Shown: piece by piece, positions 51,741 through 61,600 of the stretch
Numbering within the stretch: position 1 is the stretch's first letter
Layout: each line of letters opens with the position of its first letter
Source: Felis catus
Taxonomy: Eukaryota
Assembly: GCF_018350175.1 (NCBI RefSeq)
Contig: NC_058384.1
Coordinates: 19,592,001 to 19,656,000, forward strand
Length of the DNA stretch: 64,000 nucleotides
Direction of reading: 5' to 3'
Position numbers and translations under genes: made by a program
Notes under the pieces: model-generated
The model's input: only the letters and a program-made list of their open reading frames with translations
Databases searched by the model: none
What the model was told of the DNA's origin: nothing

Positions 51741-54700
51741 GATAAACTTAAAAAAAAAAAGGATAACACCTCATTACACATGAAAATTATGTATAACTCA
51801 AATGTCTATGTATATAAATAAAGCACAGCCACACCCATTCATTTACATATTGTCTGTGGCTGCTTTTATCAGACAATAGCAGATATGAGTAGTGGCAACA
51901 GAGACCCCATGGCCTGCAAAACCTAATATACTTACTGTCTGTCCTTTTACAGAAAACAACTGCAACCATGTTATAGAGTGTTTTCTAGGATATTTTGTTA
52001 AATGGAAAAAGGAAGGTGAAGAAATGGTATACGGGAGCGCCTGGCTGGTTCAGTCACTAGAGTGTTTGACTCTTGATCTCAGGATTGTTAAGTGTGAGCC
52101 CCATGCTGGGAGTAGAGCTTACTTAAAATAAACTCTTTATTTTTTTATTTTTTAAACTAAAATATTAAAAAAAAGAAATAATATATGGTAAGCTATAAGG
52201 AACAAAAGGAGAACATAATCTTACATGCAGAAAACATCTCTGGATATTTTAGAGACAGCCTGTTTTAGAGACAGGCTGAGAGGGTGGGGGCATCATCTCT
52301 TCTCTTACATGCCTTTTATCTTTTGAGTTTTGAATCATAGTGATTCAAATTGATTTCAATTATATATTCCAGTATTTAAACTCTCTTTAAGACTTCTGTA
52401 AAATGTGAGTTCAGCTTCAAAATTAAACAAGGCATAAAAAAATAGGTAAGTATATGAGGTGATTAATGTTATTCACTCCATGGGGAAAATCGTTTTACAA
52501 TGTATTTGTACATCAAATCATCGCATTGTGCACTTTAAATATCTTGCAATTTTGTCACATATACCTCAATTAAATTTTTTGAATAAATAACATAAGAATA
52601 AAAATCATCTAATTTACATATCAAAAAAACAAGGCATCTCTTCATCTGTTGAATTAAAGTATTCAATATTGGGAGGCATACCTGAGATATAGCTGGTGAG
52701 GATAACGTTTATAAACAGACTTTCTGGAAACTAATTTAGTGTATATGTGAAGAAGCTTTTAAAAGTGCGTACCCTTTAACTTATAGTTCCATTCTAGGAA
52801 TCTATCCTAAAAAAATAAGAAGATAATCCAAAGATTTATATAACAAGATGTTCAAATTGTGTAATTTATAATGGGTGACAAAATTATAAATAGCCTATAT
52901 ATTCAAAAACAGTGAATTAGATCAAAAAAATATTTAAAATTCATATCATAGAATATTGTCCATTTGTTAAAATGGTATGTTTTAATACCAGGGGAATATT
53001 ATACCATATAATCTTAACTGAAAAAGTAGAAATAATGCATATGTAATTTAATTCTATCTTTAATATATGTGCATAGAAAAATGCTAGAATTAAGTATATC
53101 AAGATGTTAACAGACTTTTTTTTTTTAATGTTTATTTACTTTTGAGAGAGAGCAAGGGAGGGGCAGGGAGAGAGGGGGACAGAGGATCCAAAGCAGGCTC
53201 TGTGCTGAGAGCAGACAGCCAGATGTGGGGCTTGAACTCATGACCTGTGAGATCATGACCTGAGCCGAAGTCGACCACTTAACCAACTGAGCCACCCAGG
53301 CGCCCCCAGATGTTAGCTTTTAATGGTAAGGCTATATAATTTTTTTCTTTGCACCTTTCTGAGCTTCTTAGGTGCTATAAAATGAGTATAAATTACTCCT
53401 ATGATTGGAGGAGGGGTGAGTGATGGGGGCGTAGTTACTTTTTAAAAACAAGCATGGAGGGACACCTGGGTGGCGCAGTCGGTTAAGCGTCCGACTTCAG
53501 CCAGGTCACGATCTCGCGGTCTGTGAGTTCGAGCCCCGCGTCAGGCTCTGGGATGATGGCTCAGAGCCTGGAGCCTGTTTCCGATTCTGTGTCTCCCTCT
53601 CTCTCTGCCCCTCCCCCGTTCATGCTCTGTCTCTCTCTGTCCCAAAAATAAATAAACGTTGAAAAAAAAAAATTAAAAAAAAAAAAAAAACAAACAAGCA
53701 TGGAAGGGCCACACCTGCCTTCTTCCTGCCGTAGTAGAGCAGTTTAGTGAATTTCTCTACGATCTGTGCAGGCGTCTCCACGCTGGGGGGAATCTCCCCG
53801 GTGAGCAGGTTCGGGGTCCCTGAGCTCAGCACCGGCCAGTCCTCGTCGGTCAGGTTGATGAGGTTGGCCACTGGCGGCTGCCTCTTGTACTTCTCCAGCT
53901 TCTTACAGTCTTGCATCAGCAGCTCCGCGATGTCAGATCCCACCATGGACTGCGAGGCAAAGAGGGTCATCCTGAGGGAGAAGCCTATTGTCCTCGGGCC
54001 GGCAGCCCCTGCTGAAGAAGGAGGGCACCAGAGCACCTGCCGTCTTCATGAGGAGGTCAACTTCCAAACACAAGACAGCCCTTTCTTGGACTATTGTATT
54101 TCACACTTCAGCTTCACTCTCTCATGGTGATTTTCTGCCTGTCAGAGCCACCAAGATTACCAGAAATAGGCCCACTCTTACAGTTGTATTATGTGGTTGG
54201 TGCAGTAACCCCAGGCCAGGGAGAAGGGCAGAGAAAAGACCATCTTTAGCAAACTGCGTTGACATCTGAGCAATTTTTTCCCACTTAGGGCCATTTGTTG
54301 CTTCTTTAATATTATCTTTTATAATCATGTCATAAGCCGAATCCTCTCTATCCCTGAAAGACTTAAATTTCAATCCGGCCTGCACCTGCTCACCCGTCGG
54401 AGTGATAATACTTTACCCCATTCTGTCGACAAAGGAGAACCAACAACTGCCACAGTAGAGCTGAGTCTCTGCTCCTCTGTGTCTCAGATTTTCGGCTCTG
54501 AGCTGCTTTCTGCTGGCAAAATGTCATGATGTCCACCTTGTGTACGTCTTCCCTATGGAGAGATTTCAGGGAGCAAAGGGTGAGGGGCAGACTCTTTCGC
54601 TGCACAGCACTGCAGGCTCCTTGTAGGAGGGAGGGTGCTAGCAGAGGGTGGGGGGACTGAGATAGAAGCCTGACAACCCAGGGTTGGGGTACTGAGTCCG

Positions 54701-56691
54701 TAGTTTCCTTGATGAACAGAAAGGGACTTCAGAAATTCTCTCACACACCCTCCCCATTTTACAGATGAGGAAACTGAGGCCCACAGGGTACCTGCCCAGG
54801 GTAGCAGGCAAGGGCACAGACTTTGGAGTCAGACCACCTTGCGTTTAAATCTAGCCTGCCACGTCTCACCTTATAAAACTACCTCCATATAAAAGGAATT
54901 AACAACGTATATTAAGTGCTCAATAAATGGGCAATGTTATTTGCTGCAGGTCGTCCAAATAAAATCAATCAAATTGGGACCAGCACCCCCAGTGTCCACA
55001 CAGCCAGCTCAACGTTCTATCCCCCATCTGTATACCTGTGTGTAAGAAATAGATTTGACACTCACTTTTACTTGAAGGAACCGTCAAAATACTGTGGGCT
55101 TTTCTTGGAGGGGGAAGCTTCAGGATAAGTTTATAGAATAGCGATGATGATACATAAAGGGCTTCCATATGCATTATCTCACTTGTGTCTCAAAGCCACC
55201 ACTTAAAGTAGGCACAACCAGTGTTACATCATTTCCGAAAGAGAAAACTAAGGCTCAAAGAAGATTAGCTGATCTGTCTGCCTGAGACCTCTAGTTAGTA
55301 GGATGCGTGGGCCAAGGACCCAGCTCCTCTTGACTCCAGCCAGGACTCTCTCCACCAGAGTGCCCTAAATATTTATCAGAAACTTGACTAAGAATTTAAA
55401 AGCAGTTCTAGCTCAGTCCTGCAGAGGGCAGACTTGCACACTGTCCAATAACTCAACACAGACTATGCTAGTCCTCTCTAGAAAAAGGCAAGAATTTTTT
55501 TTTCCACTGTGATCCACTTGTCTATGATTTCCCAGGCTGTGCTCCACTTTTCTGCCAGTACCTGTTAAGTGCGGAGAATGTTAAAACCTCCTACCACGTA
55601 GCTCCTGCAAAATAGAACTGTTTTCAGATTTTTAATCTTAATTTTTCTTTCTGCCCTTCAGCTAGCAAATTGTTTGTCAAAATGGCCCAGGCCACATTTG
55701 TCTCAATCTTGTTGCACAGAGTATTCTACTCCAAGGGGGATAGGCATTTTCTTTTAAGGAAGCCAAGAACAAATCCCCCAAGTGCTGATCTGGGCAGGCA
55801 GATTTTGTAAGTTCAAAAGCCCTACTTGGCAGCTCATAAGATAATTTACCTGATCAGGGGTCCTGAGAAAGTCCTCATCTCTTCTTGTTCTTCAGAGTCA
55901 CTAAGAATAATCTGGAACAAAAAAAAAATCCTATTTGGTGTCCCAGACTATATCCACCCAAAGCCCCTGTCAGTCAAGTCCAATATCAGAACCCAAGGCT
56001 ATGGCCCTGGGCTGTGGCTCAGTGCCTTGTAGAGAACACAGGAGGACAAAAGCGAGTTCTCCAGTTGTCGAAAATGAGCCAATAGCATCTCAGGAAAAAC
56101 ACAAATCTCGCATCACTCCTTTGAGAGAAGATCCCTACCTTTCTTTCACAAAACCACGGAATGCCTGATTCAGTTCCCCACAAGGGCACCCCATTCCTGG
56201 AGATGTCCAGACTCAGGTCAAGGAAAGCAGAAGGCAGAATGCCAGCTTTCCGGGACACAGAATCTCGTTTACCTCCATGCTGTGCAGTTCAACAAGGGCC
56301 GTCTGTCCATCACTGGGAGAGCTGGGACCCACGCGCACCAGCTGACCTCCTGGCCCAAAGCTCACAGGCACATGAGAGATGTAGAACTTCATGGGTGCCT
56401 TGGGACCAGCTGCTGAGACAGCCTCTGACCGACAAACACAGGTGGACACTGTTAGCATTACTGCTGCTGCTTTACTTTAGAAGTACACCACCGACTTATT
56501 TCTCTCCAAATTCCACCTGGGCCAGGATAAGACTCAGGGCAGGTGACATAATTAGAAGAAGCCCAGGCGGGGGCATCTGGGTGGCTCAGTCAGTTGAGCG
56601 TCCGACTTCAGCTCAGGTCATGATCTCATAGGTCATGAGTTCAAGCCCTGCATAAAGCTGTCTGCTGTCAGCACAGAGCCTGCTTTGGATC

Positions 56692-56730
<39 letters not shown>

Positions 56731-58578
56731 CCTCCCTACTCACACTCTCTTTCAAAAATGAATAAACATTTACTTAAGAAGAAGAAGAAGAAGAAGAAGC
56801 CCATGCTACAAGTCAGATTTAAGCCTCTCAGAATATGTCAGAATATAATGTAAAAATCTGCTGGTTTGGTCCAAATGGCAAAACACCAGGCCCCGACTCC
56901 CAGCGATGGCGAGAGGCTGGGGACTCTGGCTCTCATAGTCGAATACTCATGACATGTATCCTACATCCAGACAAAGCAACTATGCTTTGTGGCCTGCCCT
57001 TGCTTTACCAAACTGACTCTTGCCTTCACTTTCTTCACGTGTTATACAAAAGTACATCTGGGCGCCTCCCCACCCAGCCTGATCCTGATGCCTTTAAGCC
57101 GGGTTCCCTTCCAAGAATCAGCTATGATGCAATCTCCAGTACAAGAGAAAAGGTGAGAAATGGAGCCACAGTGGCCTCTCTGCCCAGGAGAAACTACATA
57201 AGTAAACGGGGCAGCCGCAGTCCACTCTTGGAAGTACAGGGGAAGGGTGACTTTCCAAGAGGTTGTCACCCAGCCCTCTTCTCACAAGACTCAACCAGTT
57301 GCTTAGATCATGGCAGTACCCACCAGCCTGAATTGGACTCCAAGCTGCCGACGCCACGGGATCGTAGGGCTCCGAGTCAGCTCCCATGTACTGACTGAGT
57401 TCGTAGGCGCTAGAGCTGAGACCAGACTCATGCTGCCGGAGAAGGCTGGACTCATTGGCCAGCGATGGCTGGAAGTTAAAGATAATAAAAACACACAGGA
57501 AGGATCAGAAGCACTTTCAGAGAAATGGTCCTCTCGAGTGTTCCTTCAAAGCAACAAAATTGAAACTTTCAAATAAATACACCGCATGGTGGATGTGTTG
57601 AAAGGAAAAAAAAGTGATCATTTAATTGACAGGTGTTGGCTAAAAAAAATGAATTAAGGCCTAGTGGGAAGAGTGTAGGCCCTGAGGCCACGGGACCTGA
57701 ATTCAAATCTCAGTTTTGTCGGGACGCCTGGCTGGTTCAGTTGGTAGAGCATAAGACTCCTGATCTTGGGGTTGTGAATTCAAGCCGCACTCTGCATGTG
57801 TCTAGATTACTTAAAAATAAAAAAATAGGGGTGCCTGGGTGGCTTGGTTGGTTAAGCGTCCGACTTCGGCTCAGGTCAAGATCTCACGGTCCGTGAGTTC
57901 GAGCCCCGCGTCGGGCTCTGTGCTGACTGCTCAGAGCCTGGAGCCTNNNNNNNNNNNNNNNNNNNNNNNNNNNNNNNNNNNNNNNNNNNNNNNNNNNNNN
58001 NNNNNNNNNNNNNNNNNNNNNNNNNNNNNNNNNNNNNNNNNNNNNNNNNNNNNNNNNNNNNNNNNNNNNNNNNNNNNNNNNNNNNTTATCGATACCTAGC
58101 TGCTGTGACCTTGGACAAATGATTTAGGCTCTCTGATGATACCATGGGCATATATCACATAGGCTGTACCCTGCACTGGTAAGCCTTAGGTATACAGGAG
58201 AAAATGTTCTCAAAAATCATACATATCTAATCGTGGAAAAAAAATTGATATAAGACTGTCAAAAATCAATAGCTTGTCTCTGCAGTATCTTTGCAACTTT
58301 TCCAAAAATCTAAAATTATTCTAAAATTAAAAGTTTGTTTTTAAAATATATAAGAACGCCATTGTGTGGCCCAGCTGGTATAGGCAGTAAGATTTCAGAA
58401 GCGAGCCCTGGAAGAGTCAAGAGAGGTTTCAAGCTCTGCTTTTCAGACCGGAATTCGGAGAGTCTAGCAACTCCCCACTTGCTGGGTAAACCAAATTGCC
58501 AGTCCACTGGGGTACCGGTGACAGCCTCTCCTCTTTGCCAGCACCTCAAAGTGACCTGGGTGACATTTCCTGATCCAG

Positions 58579-58618
<40 letters not shown>

Positions 58619-61600
58619 CAAAGGGTCAGATCAGGGCCCCAGGAAGGCAAGGAAAGGAGGAGGTATGAGTGGAGGCTCCGTAGAGAGGGGACGATGTCAC
58701 CGCTCAGACCTCTGGCCACTGGCCACCCCCACTCCCAAGGGCCCTGCCCTGCCCCTATTTCATTGTCTGGTATGATGCACTGTCACAGTCCACCAGCCCC
58801 CGTGTCCCTTCAGATTACCTCATTCTTCTGCGTTCCCGTTAGCAGACTCTCCGGAAACAGGTCCCCAGGCCTCTCCGGCCTAGTGTTAGAAGCAGGACTG
58901 TCTTTATGGGAGTTCCGACTCTTGGATCTACAGAAAATCACAGGAGCAGGTGAGGGGGGTCCTGGGCAAGCCAGCCAGAGTGAGCTACAGACTTCGGCTG
59001 CAGAGCGTGGGCAGTGTCAGGTGGCCTGTGTGCCATAGGGAAGAGCATTGTCCTCCCTCGGCCACCCCAATCTATCAATACCAGAGAAACGGGAGCTCCT
59101 GGGTTCCACAGGGCAGTTACTGGAAGTAACCCAAACGCTGTGGAGAAGGGCTGGCCTCTGCAGCCTGACACCCTGCAATGACTCAAAGCAGAGCAGCTGG
59201 GTTGGTGAGTTGGTCAGACACGGTCAAGGCACCGGGCCGAAGGACACCAGAACAGGTGTTTGTGTAAAATGCTCTTCTCTGCTCACTCCTTCCCAGGGGC
59301 TATCCCATTCTCCGCGCACAGGAGTGGGCAGAGGAGAAACAGCCCAGCCTCGGGCAGGACCCGATTTTGCAAACTTCGGCCAAGCCGCATCTGTTCTGAG
59401 GCCAATAAGGAATCCAGCCTCTCGTGTAGGGTGGACCTCAAGTAACCTCGCAGGACTCAGCTGACCCCAAGTTTGGGAGCTGCCTCTCAGAATTAAGACT
59501 CCACTGACAGCTGGCCTGGGCCACCCTGGGCTACTCCCACAACCCCGTGGCCAGAGTAGAAGCAGACGGGGGTTCTGGAGACGGAGACGAGCACCCGATT
59601 CCATAGACTTGCCTAACATAGTGTGAGTTTGGCTGGATCGTGTTGAGCTGGCCTCTCCTTTCACACTTACAGACTATTCTGGTTTTCGTGATGATGCTCA
59701 CTGAGGTACTTTTGATCTCGGTGATCTTCCTGCCACATGTAAGGACTCTCTCGCCTTGGCACTGCACCCTCAGAGAAAACAAGATCAAGACAGGTCATTT
59801 CCCATTCCTAAAAGTTTAGGAAGACAGCAGCGAGCTGTGAGGCTGAGTCACCGGAGCACCAGAGACATAAAAACACGTTTGCCAAATTGAATAAAATTGA
59901 GACGTGAGCGCTAACACTGGGAGTCAACAGAACGCTCCTCAGTCCTTCCTGAATCAACCACCTTGGCTCCATACAATTGTATCATCGTGGGGATCATGTG
60001 TGCGCGTTTTCAGTTTTGAAACAGATTTCTCTTTGCAGGCAGGTCAGAAGCTGCCATCGACACATACCTAAAGCCTCAGTATCGGCAGAGTATAAATTCC
60101 TGTGGGTGCATATCGGCCACCCTCAAGGTAAATGACGGTCAGACTCATCCCAGCCCAGCCACACACTTGACAACGTCATTGTTAAGAACTGACTTCACTG
60201 TTACTTGGTCAGAGACTGTAATCGTGGCTGTAACGAGGAGTGGAGGAAAAAACGCGGACGAAGTACAAACTAGCCATAATACTGGTAACGTAATGATAGT
60301 TTCAGGGCTATCACTGACACATACAAAGGAAAATGACTCCTTTCTGTCTCTTCCCCTCAAGACATCTAGCAGTAGTGTCTTTGCTGGGGCCTCATCTGGC
60401 CAAGGAAGAAGTGGGTGAGGACAGGGGTTCTACCTCAGCCAAGTAGGATGGCCAAGACTAGCCTCTGAGCACGCTCTGTCTACCAGATCAGCTGCACCAC
60501 CCCAAAGGCTCTTCGGAGATTATTCCATACCTCTTTCTTCCTGTAGCTGCTGCGGGGGTCTGTGGTAGTAATAATCTCCGTAAGCATATTCTTCCCTCAG
60601 GGTTGGAGAATGATAGCTCTGATACGGATCCTCAATGCCTGGCCTAAAATATCACAAAGGTCAGTCATTCAAGGATGAGTGTGGTAAAAAGAGAAACCAA
60701 TGGAGGACTTGACAAACTAAATAACTTCAGAGGACAAATCTGTGACCTCAGTCTAGAACCCGCTTTAAAATGGCAGTTAATTCTAGATCCTATAAACAGA
60801 AGATCCAGCATCAGCAGGAGGAGGGCCTTTATTTCAGAACAAGGCTGGGATTTTTAGAGCAAAATCAAGTGTCTCATTCTCTTTGATTTCCCCTACTCCT
60901 CAAATACATACATCCAACAATACATGATGTTATTTTAGAAAACCCTGCCCTGAAATTATCTTAGAATACCCCTTCCTGCGGCACCTGGGTGGCTCAGTCA
61001 GTTAAGCCTCTGACTCTTGATTTTTGCTTGGGTCACAACCTCGCGGTTCCTGAGTTCGAGCCCCATGTCAGGCTCTGTGCTGTCAGTGTGGAGCCNNNNN
61101 NNNNNNNNNNNNNNNNNNNNNNNNNNNNNNNNNNNNNNNNNNNNNNNNNNNNNNNNNNNNNNNNNNNNNNNNNNNNNNNNNNNNNNNNNNNNNNNNNNNN
61201 NNNNNNNNNNNNNNNNNNNNNNNNNNNNNNNNNNNAAAAGAATATCCTTTCCTGAGATGACTGTGTAGGTACCCAACACACCATTGTAAGTCCCATGCAT
61301 ATTACAGATGGAAATGAGATGAAGAAGTCACATTGGACTCTCTTAAATCTGACTGCTTTCATTGCCTCTGTCCTCGACATACCTTCTTTGAGAAGTCAAC
61401 AATACAAAACAGATTGAGGAAAGAATGTCACATTGTTAGTCTTTTTATTAACTAATAATTCTTTAATATTTCATGGAGCAAAGGCTTACAGTAATCGTCA
61501 TAATTTCAACCCGAAATCTGTAGGCAGGTAAATACCACTCCACCTGGAAAAGCTGAAGTAAAAGATACATGACTTCCAATATTCCATAAAATATTAAATC

